This document shows positions 9,177-16,539 of a stretch of DNA of 64,000 bases, piece after piece. The stretch's first letter is position 1, and each line of letters begins with the position of its first letter. Location: positions 11,965 through 75,964 of the forward strand of contig CAJMQV010000003.1 of NCBI GenBank assembly GCA_905215575.1, given 5' to 3'. This stretch comes from an uncultured bacterium. GTDB taxonomy: Bacteria; Bacteroidota; Bacteroidia; Bacteroidales; Bacteroidaceae. Both the position numbers and the translations under genes were made by a program. The notes beneath the pieces were generated by a model. That model was not told the origin of the DNA and did no database searches. It worked only from the letters and a program-made list of their open reading frames with translations.

Positions 9177-10322
9177 ATGCAACGCAAGAACCTCTTTGAC
9201 GGAGATAGCTATAAGGCACAATTTGCTTTGATAACCTATCGGTGGCTGACGAGCCGCCGATGGGTTAGTTATGCAGATATCATGGCTGATTATATTGGTG
9301 TGACAATAAAAGAATTGCCGGCTAATTTGTCAAATTGCGATGGGTATGGCGAGTTGAAGAAGGTAGTTGGCACACTAAAGAAAGCTATAGTCGATAAGCT
9401 TGAAAAGGACGTTAGCGAGTGCTTTGAGGAAGAAGGCAACAACCGCAATAAGCGATTCCGCTATGTTGGTAAGGATGATGATCCACTTACAGACATGCGT
9501 AATGCCAAGGTCATCAATAATCTTCGCCAGTACTGGAAGTTTTGCCAGGACTCTGCTGGATTCTTCCCCAAATCGTGGCTGGAGTACTTCTTCCATGATT
9601 GTCAGGACTTGCTCGACATGAAGGCTAAGCGCCAGAAAGGTGAGCAGGTGATAAGTTCAAGCCTTGACCGAATATTAACCAATATAGAATATCTCCCTCA
9701 GCTCTATGAAGCTATTACCAACAAAACGGTGATGGAGATAGAATATAAACCATACGACGAGGAACAAGTAACCTTACTATTTCATCCGCATTACTTGAAA
9801 GAGTATAATGGACGATGGCATTTATTCGGTCATGCAGAAGGTAGAGAACCGGAATTCGGGTACAACATTGCTCTTGACCGCATACAAGAGAAGCCTCGTG
9901 AGAGAAGTAAAGTGGAGTATGTTCCTGCACCAGATCACTTTTATGATGAGTTTTTCAAGGATATCGTTGGCGTGAGTCACATGAAAGATTTCCCAAACAA
10001 AGAACATATCGTTATACGCGCACACGAACATTATATATTTAAATTAATAGATACAAAGCCTCTGCATCATTCATACGAGGTTGTGAAGCCTTACGGATTA
10101 TACGAAGATGGAGAGTATGCTGAGTTCTCTGTTGATGTAGAGATGAACAACGAGTTTATTGGTCGTGTTCTCCAGATGGGTGCAGGACTTGAAGTTATGT
10201 CACCACTACAGATTCGTAAGATCTTTGCGAAAAGAGTGAAAGACATGGCTTTGCACTACATTGAACCTGGAGAGAAACTTCAACGAATGGTTCCAAATAC
10301 GGAGGAACCATTAGAATCATAA
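9177..10322 (+). CDS. WYL-domain transcriptional regulator (wHTH-WYL-WCX)
   Basis: LYEAI.NK.V.EIEYKPY, FHPHYLKEYNGRWHLFG, IALDRI and WCX-like VLQMGAGLEVMSP; ATG at 9177 lies 1 nt after the upstream stop. Confidence 0.92.
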   Translation: MQRKNLFDGDSYKAQFALITYRWLTSRRWVSYADIMADYIGVTIKELPANLSNCDGYGELKKVVGTLKKAIVDKLEKDVSECFEEEGNNRNKRFRYVGKDDDPLTDMRNAKVINNLRQYWKFCQDSAGFFPKSWLEYFFHDCQDLLDMKAKRQKGEQVISSSLDRILTNIEYLPQLYEAITNKTVMEIEYKPYDEEQVTLLFHPHYLKEYNGRWHLFGHAEGREPEFGYNIALDRIQEKPRERSKVEYVPAPDHFYDEFFKDIVGVSHMKDFPNKEHIVIRAHEHYIFKLIDTKPLHHSYEVVKPYGLYEDGEYAEFSVDVEMNNEFIGRVLQMGAGLEVMSPLQIRKIFAKRVKDMALHYIEPGEKLQRMVPNTEEPLES

Positions 10323-10361
10323 GTTCTTGATTTTATCACAAGAATAGTTATTACCTTTGCA
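10286..10361 (+). promoter_or_regulatory. operator-promoter unit 1 (palindrome 10286-10312; -7 element 10352-10359)
   Basis: AATGGTTCC-aaatacgga-GGAACCATT, with TACCTTTGCA 53 bp from the palindrome centre. Confidence 0.75.
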
Positions 10362-10432
10362 GCGTCAAACTTCGAAAACCACCACGAAGTTGGCGCTGCA
10401 TTTCGTTGGTGGAAACCTAAAACTGATCGCAA

Positions 10433-10558
10433 ATGGAAACACAGCAATCACCAAAAACAGAAACGCCCATGACAGAGAAAGATCGTTGGTTGCTCGCGGC
10501 AGCTATCTGCTCGGCAATCGGTACTGCCATTACTGCTTTTTTCGCAGGAAAAAAGTAG
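10433..10558 (+). CDS. 41-aa single-pass membrane peptide (not in the ORF track)
   Basis: METQQSPKTETPMTEKDRWLLAAAICSAIGTAITAFFAGKK; A-rich leader; lies between regulatory units 1 and 2. Confidence 0.65.
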   Translation: METQQSPKTETPMTEKDRWLLAAAICSAIGTAITAFFAGKK

Positions 10559-10570
10559 TTGCTCAGAGGG

Positions 10571-10648
10571 ACAATGGTTCCAAAACGAGAGGAACCATTG
10601 TTCTGGTAAAAACATTCTTCAGATTCGAAAACAAGTAGTAAAATTGCA
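10571..10648 (+). promoter_or_regulatory. operator-promoter unit 2 (palindrome 10571-10601; -7-like element 10639-10646)
   Basis: ACAATGGTTCC-aaaacgaga-GGAACCATTGT, with TAAAATTGCA 53 bp from the centre. Confidence 0.72.
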
Positions 10649-10671
10649 CTCGAAATCAAAAACGAACGACT

Positions 10672-11067
10672 ATGAAACAGACATCAAACAACAAGGCAAA
10701 AGCAAAGCAGACAAAGAAGCAGAGGAAGGCAGAGGCAGATGCTCACAGAAGAACCAACAAGCGTTGGGAACGTGTTGAGACATCCGATCGCTATCGCAAG
10801 GCAGCTACCGAAGAACTCTGCAATGTGACAACAAACAAGATTGAGATTGAGGTACTTGACGGAATCCTTCTCAACTTGAACATCAGAAGTAAGATGAAAC
10901 CTTCAAAAGTGCAGGACAGAATTCTCCGTCGCATCGTAGAGAAACGTCAGGCACAGGCAAACCACAAGAAGCATGGTCGTTCAGAAGATCTCACCTCAAT
11001 GCACATCACACTTGCATGCACAAGCAAGTGCATGAAGGATATCAGAAAGAAAAGATACGCTGCATGA
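10672..11067 (+). CDS. hypothetical highly basic 131-aa protein
   Basis: K/R-rich ORF with an A-rich leader directly after unit 2; codon usage matches its neighbours. Confidence 0.7.
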   Translation: MKQTSNNKAKAKQTKKQRKAEADAHRRTNKRWERVETSDRYRKAATEELCNVTTNKIEIEVLDGILLNLNIRSKMKPSKVQDRILRRIVEKRQAQANHKKHGRSEDLTSMHITLACTSKCMKDIRKKRYAA

Positions 11068-11086
11068 ACTTTCAAAAAAGAGTGTG

Positions 11087-11162
11087 ATTGGTTCCAAAAC
11101 GGAAGGAACCAATACTCTTGTAAGAAAGCTTGCATGCCCTATACTAACATAGTAACTTTACA
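11087..11162 (+). promoter_or_regulatory. operator-promoter unit 3 (palindrome 11087-11113; -7-like element 11153-11160)
   Basis: ATTGGTTCC-aaaacggaa-GGAACCAAT, with TAACTTTACA 53 bp from the centre. Confidence 0.72.
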
Positions 11163-11260
11163 TTACAATTCCGAGAGAGTTGGTTTCATTTATACATTAT
11201 TTTATTATTACAAACAACAGAGGTGGCGGCCTATTCCGCTAAACAAAAACAAGACGTACG

Positions 11261-11707
11261 ATGAACACATCACTCGCACTCATTGCCGCAAAGGCACTCC
11301 CAGCCCTCTCGGGTAGTTCTCTCATCTACAACGCAGAGAAGAATGTGTACCTCACCCTCGGTTACACCAGCGCAGCTGGCAACACCTACTACCGAGCAAT
11401 CCGTCTCTCTGACCGATTGGCAGTTTACTACCACATCGGACAAGGTTACGCCCACACTTTCCTCAACGGCATCACACTGTTAGCATGGAACGGACAGAAG
11501 GCAAATATCATTGCTCAGAAGTTCTGGGGCGGATGCAACTGGCGATGTTTCAACGAACGAAGCGCCAAGGAAGAGAGCATCCTCATGCTGAAGGATTTCC
11601 TGAAGGGACAAGCCAAGGCAATGGGCAGCATGGTGGCAGAGAGTCAGCTCCTTGACTTCTCGCGAAGCATGATAGAGGCAACTCATCAGAAGTGCTGCTT
11701 GGGCTAA
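11261..11707 (+). CDS. hypothetical protein, paralog A
   Basis: 148-aa ORF; ungapped similarity to 11769..12275 (YxSAxGNxYY..R..DR...G.....T...GI...A.NG). Confidence 0.8.
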   Translation: MNTSLALIAAKALPALSGSSLIYNAEKNVYLTLGYTSAAGNTYYRAIRLSDRLAVYYHIGQGYAHTFLNGITLLAWNGQKANIIAQKFWGGCNWRCFNERSAKEESILMLKDFLKGQAKAMGSMVAESQLLDFSRSMIEATHQKCCLG

Positions 11708-11768
11708 CCATCATGCCCAATCAAAGAGAGAACAAACAAAAATCACAAACCAAGAAAAACAAAACGAC

Positions 11769-12275
11769 ATGGCAAGCTTAACAAAAGCAATCAACAAAGA
11801 CCTGTTCGACAGCATCCTGCCGACATTCGGTAACCAACGAGTTCACATTCCTGTATGGGACGAAGGACAGAAGATGTTCCTCTGCGAGGAGTACGAGAGC
11901 GCAAGCGGAAACCGCTACTACAAGGGCGTGAGATTCTGCGACCGCATTGTAGTTGTCGAGAAGGTGGGACTCTACCACAACTGGACCTACATCGACGGCA
12001 TCGAGGTTTACGCCTTCAACGGTACACGCCTTGAACTTGTTCAGAAGAGAGACTACGACAAGGTGCATCGCAACGAGGAGTTCATCCGAAAGGAATTAGA
12101 AACCATGGTGCGCAACTTCTTTGAAGGAGTACTCAAAGCTCAAAGAAGCTGCATGCCACAGGAAGAACTCGAAGAGAAGGCGAAAGGGATCATTGATGGA
12201 TGCTACAAGAGTTTCCTCGACAACGACTACAACACACGTCTCACCCAAATTCTCCCACAAATCGAACAGAAGTAG
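11769..12275 (+). CDS. hypothetical protein, paralog B
   Basis: 168-aa ORF sharing the motif with 11261..11707; ends 3 nt before the helicase start. Confidence 0.8.
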   Translation: MASLTKAINKDLFDSILPTFGNQRVHIPVWDEGQKMFLCEEYESASGNRYYKGVRFCDRIVVVEKVGLYHNWTYIDGIEVYAFNGTRLELVQKRDYDKVHRNEEFIRKELETMVRNFFEGVLKAQRSCMPQEELEEKAKGIIDGCYKSFLDNDYNTRLTQILPQIEQK

Positions 12276-12278
12276 GAC

Positions 12279-14342
12279 ATGCAGAACACACAGATAGACC
12301 CACACAACCACGAGCAGCAGCTTGCATACGAGCTTGTTGCCAACACAAACTCCAGCTTCTTCCTCACAGGTCGTGCTGGAACAGGTAAGACAACCTTTCT
12401 TCACAACGTACAGAAGTTGGTTGGAAAGCAGTTCATCACCCTTGCCCCAACAGGTGTGGCAGCCATCCTCGCCGGTGGCGACACAATACACTCCTTCTTT
12501 GGCTTGCCAATGGAGGTGTGTACGCCAGGAACATGCGGCAAGATGAACGAGGCAAAGATTCTGACGCTTTTACATGCAGACACGATCATCATCGATGAAG
12601 TGTCGATGGTAAGATGCGACATCATGGATGCCATCGACTACACTATGCGTAAGGCTCTGCGCAACAACATGCCTTTCGGTGGCAAGCAGATAATCTTCGT
12701 AGGCGACATGTTCCAGTTGCCACCGGTGGTGAAGCAAGGTCCTGAGAAGGATATGCTGAAGGATCTATACCAAACGGACGACTTCTTCTTCTACAAGTCA
12801 GACGCCATCAAGCGCATGCGACTCGTGAAGATTGAGTTCCGCAAGGTGTACCGTCAGGATGACGAACACTTCTTGCATATCCTGGAGAACGTGCGCCTGA
12901 ACAAGGTAACACTAGAGAACATCATGCACCTCAACGGTCGCGTTCAAATTCCGACCGCAGAAGATGGTGCTGTCATCACGCTGGCTTCCATCAACAAGAC
13001 GGCAGACAAAATCAACCTTCAGCGACTGGAGGAGATTGAGTCGGAGGAGTTCGTCTATGAAGGAACCATTGACGGCAAGTTCGAGGAAAAGAAGTTCCCG
13101 GTGGACATGAAACTTCGCCTCAAGGTTGGTGCTCAGGTGATGTTCACTCGCAACGACCAGCAAAAGCGCTGGGCAAACGGCACACTCGGCAAGGTAAGTA
13201 AACTCACTAAGGACGAAATCAGCGTGACGCTCAACAACGGCGAGACATACGTTGTGCCATGCTGTTCATGGGAGTCGTACTGCTACGACTACAACAAGGA
13301 AGAGCGCAAGATGAAGAAGGAGCTCATGGGTACATTCACCCAGTACCCTCTGAAACTTGCATGGGCAATCACCGTCCACAAGAGTCAGGGCATGACCTTC
13401 GACAAACTCTCGCTCGACCTCAGCCGTGGCATGTTCGCAGCAGGACAGTTCTACGTAGCTTTGAGCCGTGTTCGTACACTTGATGGTTTATTCCTCTCAA
13501 AGAACGTCATACCTCAGTATGCTCATACGAGTCGTGAGGTGCTGACTTACGCAAGCGAGTATAACAACGAGCAACAGATTGGAAACGAGATAGAGAGCGG
13601 AAAAGCTGTCTATGGCGCACTCCAGCACAACGACTACGACGAAGCGGCACGTCAGTACCTGCTCCTCGTAGCGAAGAAGGCTGAGAACTGTGACATCAAA
13701 GAAGCCATGCAGCAAGCAAAACGCTTCCTTGACATACTCGTGTGCGACGAGCATCTCTATGGTTTGATAAAGTCGGTACCAGAGTGTCTGACAAAGGCAA
13801 GCCATTGGGCTCCGAAGTTCCTTGCTTCGTTGCTCTACCTCTATGCAGAGAAGTACGAGGAAGCATTGGCGTACGCTAACGAGGTACTGGCAACACACCA
13901 ATGTGCAGAAGCCATGTACATCAAGTCGCGTGCCTTGGCAAAACTCGAACGCTACACAGAAGCTGACGAGACCAACTGCCAGCTTGCGAACGTGTTCGAG
14001 ATGGCAACACCAGATGCCAAGGTGCTCTTCATGATTGCCATGCTTAACGAGATGCACATTGGCGATCCAGGACTTGACTTGATGCGCAAACTGGTAGAGG
14101 CACGTCCAAAGTACGACCTTGGCATCCTTGCCCTTCGCACTTTGATGCAATGCCACAACCTAAAGCTTGACAAGCAATCGGACAATAACTGCGAGTTGGT
14201 GGATCTCTTCAACTCAGACGCTACCGAGGAGGAGTTCCTTGCTCAGCTGAAGGTTTGCCGAGAGAAGGCACCAAAGGCTATCGCTTACTTGATTCGCAGA
14301 ATCAAAAAGCAAGAATTCAACGAAGAGCAGCCTGCAGCATAA
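12279..14342 (+). CDS. PIF1/RecD-like SF1B helicase with C-terminal TPR-like helical region
   Basis: GRAGTGKT, APTGVAA, IIDEVSM, GDMFQLPPV, VYRQ, LKVGAQVM, LAWAITVHKSQG, YVALSR. Confidence 0.92.
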   Translation: MQNTQIDPHNHEQQLAYELVANTNSSFFLTGRAGTGKTTFLHNVQKLVGKQFITLAPTGVAAILAGGDTIHSFFGLPMEVCTPGTCGKMNEAKILTLLHADTIIIDEVSMVRCDIMDAIDYTMRKALRNNMPFGGKQIIFVGDMFQLPPVVKQGPEKDMLKDLYQTDDFFFYKSDAIKRMRLVKIEFRKVYRQDDEHFLHILENVRLNKVTLENIMHLNGRVQIPTAEDGAVITLASINKTADKINLQRLEEIESEEFVYEGTIDGKFEEKKFPVDMKLRLKVGAQVMFTRNDQQKRWANGTLGKVSKLTKDEISVTLNNGETYVVPCCSWESYCYDYNKEERKMKKELMGTFTQYPLKLAWAITVHKSQGMTFDKLSLDLSRGMFAAGQFYVALSRVRTLDGLFLSKNVIPQYAHTSREVLTYASEYNNEQQIGNEIESGKAVYGALQHNDYDEAARQYLLLVAKKAENCDIKEAMQQAKRFLDILVCDEHLYGLIKSVPECLTKASHWAPKFLASLLYLYAEKYEEALAYANEVLATHQCAEAMYIKSRALAKLERYTEADETNCQLANVFEMATPDAKVLFMIAMLNEMHIGDPGLDLMRKLVEARPKYDLGILALRTLMQCHNLKLDKQSDNNCELVDLFNSDATEEEFLAQLKVCREKAPKAIAYLIRRIKKQEFNEEQPAA

Positions 14343-14380
14343 AGCAGGTGGCTCTTCCAGACAAACAAAACCAGAAAAAG

Positions 14381-14494
14381 ATGAAGACAAGAACTGCAAA
14401 ACTGAGAGACATAGAGCAAGTTGAGTTCCCTATTGTGAAAGCTGCATTCAAGGGAAAGGATGGAAATGTGTACGTGTCGCACAATAGGCCTTAA
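14381..14494 (+). pseudogene. N-terminal fragment of a gene truncated at an internal island junction
   Basis: MKTRTAKLRDIEQVEFPIVKAAFKGKDGNVY... with A-rich leader; base composition switches abruptly to AT-rich near 14480. Confidence 0.5.
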
Positions 14495-14900
14495 TTCCCA
14501 TTTTGGCTATAGTACTTAAAATAAGAGCAATAGCAGGTATTAGTAATGCAGTACTCATTCCAACAGCAGGTGCTATTAAATCGGTCATATATGCTACAGC
14601 CCCCAAACCAATAGGTTTCCCCGCTGCTACCAATTTATCATGTTCATCTTTGTAATCTGTATGACCACATATGAGCTTATCTAATTCATTTCAAGCCTAT
14701 TCCAATAATTCTTTTTATTATTAATATCTTCAGTAACACCTCCAAATGTTACGGTCTGCATAGGACATCCTTGCATTAATCCATTCTTCAGTAGCCTTTT
14801 CTTCGCCATATTTCGGGACTAATTGTTCTATAGTATTTCTTTGATATGGTTTTAAAGGCTTAAGCCAATTCTCCAAAAGAATGTTTTCTGTTTCAATCAT
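14470..14900 (-). pseudogene. frameshifted partner gene of the trypsin-like protease, with hydrophobic C-terminus
   Basis: MIETENILLENWL... continues through apparent frameshifts to ...LDKLICGH...APAVGMSTALLIPAIALILSTIAKMGIKAYC. Confidence 0.55.
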
Positions 14901-15500
14901 AACATTTTTTATATGATTTGCTGATATACAATATGAAGTTTGATTTAATTCATAAGGGTTAATACCTGCGATAATTATACCTGAATTAGGTGCATAAGCA
15001 TCTATTAGTAGACCGATTATTGCTCCTCTTTTTGTATTAAATACAATTGATCTAGATTGTCCTGGTCTTGTTTGGATATTAATAGTTGCATACTTAGATT
15101 TAATACCAGAACTTTCCAACAACATTTTTGCCCCAACCTCAGCTTCTTGGTAAGTCAGAACCCGTCTACCCATAACGCAATGTGGAAAGCTATACATTCC
15201 TATTCTCTCTCCGACTTTTATATTATCTAAAGATTCAAGCGGAGGCAAAACCCCAGAAAATCTTAATGAAGTTTTAAGTATATAAATATCTGTCACTGGA
15301 TTAATATCTTTCACAATGGCTTGTACAGTTTTGCATGAGTTGTCAGTGGTATCTTGATACTCATCAATATTACTAATATGAGGCATTAAAATTACTATAT
15401 CTTTTTTCTCATTTCCAATTACATGCCTTGCGGTCACTATTTTACCATCATTGGAAATTAAGAGACCTGTACCTAACATTCTTATAACTCCTTCTGTACG
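14901..15500 (-). pseudogene. degenerate trypsin-like serine protease
   Basis: LGTGLLIS, VTARHV, DIYIL and PGQSRS (canonical GxSGS altered); reads through into the next gene; the upstream extension of the ORF crosses a hairpin at 15536-15580. Confidence 0.6.
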
Positions 15501-15729
15501 GCAAGTAAATCCCTTAGAAAATTTTATAGTATATTCAAAACTCCTTAAAGCCATCCATAGAATGGTCTTAAGGAGTTTTGCTGTATATATGGAGATAGCC
15601 ATGAAATCCATTTTTTTATTGACAACCTCGTAGGCAATTATAAATATAAAGTATAGCTCTAGTGTCCTAGAATATTTCTAAGTTAAATACACAGTACTTA
15701 GAAATGTTTGTGGTATCTTTGTAGGAATC

Positions 15730-15936
15730 ATGAAAATAGAAGAAGCGATTGTTTATGTCTTGATGAAACGGAATGGAGGAATGACCACGGAACAGATTGC
15801 CGAGGCCATTAACTGTTTCGGGTTGCACATACGAAAAGACAAGATGCCTGTAACCGGAAGGCAGGTTTATGCTGTAGTGTGTCGGTTTCCCGGTATGTTT
15901 ACCAAAGAAGCCGGCAGAATCATGTTAATGATATAA
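15730..15936 (+). CDS. small winged-helix protein
   Basis: MKIEEAIVYVL...GGMTTEQIAEAIN; TATCTTTG promoter element at 15714-15721. Confidence 0.65.
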   Translation: MKIEEAIVYVLMKRNGGMTTEQIAEAINCFGLHIRKDKMPVTGRQVYAVVCRFPGMFTKEAGRIMLMI

Positions 15937-15941
15937 GATCT

Positions 15942-16478
15942 ATGAAGAAAGTTATTGTAATCTCAACCAGTCTGCGTACTGGTTCAAACAGCGATATGCT
16001 CGCTGATAAATTTGTTGAAGGAGCTGTTCAGGCTGGTCATGAAGTGGAAAAGATATCTCTGATTGACAAAGATGTCAAGTTCTGCCGCGGATGTCTGGCT
16101 TGTCAGAAGTTGGGAAAATGTGTCATTAAGGATGATGTAAATGACATCATGCAGAAAGTCTTGAATGCGGATGTCGTTGTGTGGGCTACACCCATCTATT
16201 ATTATGAGATGAGCGGTCAGATGAAAGTTCTGATTGACCGTATGAATGCGATGTATACTATGGATTATAAATTCCGCGATGTGTATATGCTGACTACAGC
16301 TGCTGAAACAGAGCCCGAAACACCACAGCGGGCGGAAACTGGTCTGACAGGATGGATTGATTGCTATCCGAAGAGCCGTCTGGCGGGAACTCTGTTTTGC
16401 GGTGGAGTGGATGCTCCGCGTACAATAGCCGGTAACGAAAAGCTTCAGGAGGCATACCGTATGGGACTGAATGTTTAA
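15942..16478 (+). CDS. flavodoxin-family / NADPH-dependent FMN reductase (iron-sulfur flavoprotein-like)
   Basis: STSLRTGSNS, CRGCLAC...C, ATPIYYYEMSGQMK. Confidence 0.88.
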   Translation: MKKVIVISTSLRTGSNSDMLADKFVEGAVQAGHEVEKISLIDKDVKFCRGCLACQKLGKCVIKDDVNDIMQKVLNADVVVWATPIYYYEMSGQMKVLIDRMNAMYTMDYKFRDVYMLTTAAETEPETPQRAETGLTGWIDCYPKSRLAGTLFCGGVDAPRTIAGNEKLQEAYRMGLNV

Positions 16479-16539
16479 CTGTTCAGCCCCCAGTTAAAGT
16501 CAAGAAAGTATTTCGCAGGAGTTTTTGACAATTTTGCGT

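Larger units (their letters stand above)
690..15700. mobile_element. mosaic accessory/defence island downstream of mnmE; no integrase, boundaries approximate
   Basis: AT-rich and codon-shifted blocks, several pseudogenes and defence-type domains; the mnmE 3' end is a known integration hotspot; no direct repeat found at the right end. Confidence 0.6.

Noticed and set aside
10357..10659. ORF-track 93-aa (+) and 80-aa (-) ORFs
   Set aside because: The + ORF starts inside the promoter element and both run across palindrome 2. The 41-aa ORF at 10433-10558 fits the layout better.
10286..11113. The three palindromic repeats as a CRISPR array
   Set aside because: The intervals are 287 and 514 bp, contain ORFs and promoter elements, and there are no cas genes in the window.
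10571..11119. Palindromes 2 and 3 as simple intrinsic terminators of the preceding ORFs
   Set aside because: They lack U-tracts, copy 1 lies inside a CDS, and the primary sequence and 53-bp spacing to -7 boxes are conserved. A dual role is not excluded, since copy 3 can extend its stem (AAGAGT/ACTCTT).
660..15730. attL/attR direct repeat of the mnmE 3' end
   Set aside because: I could not find a second copy by eye, and there is no integrase, so island boundaries remain approximate.
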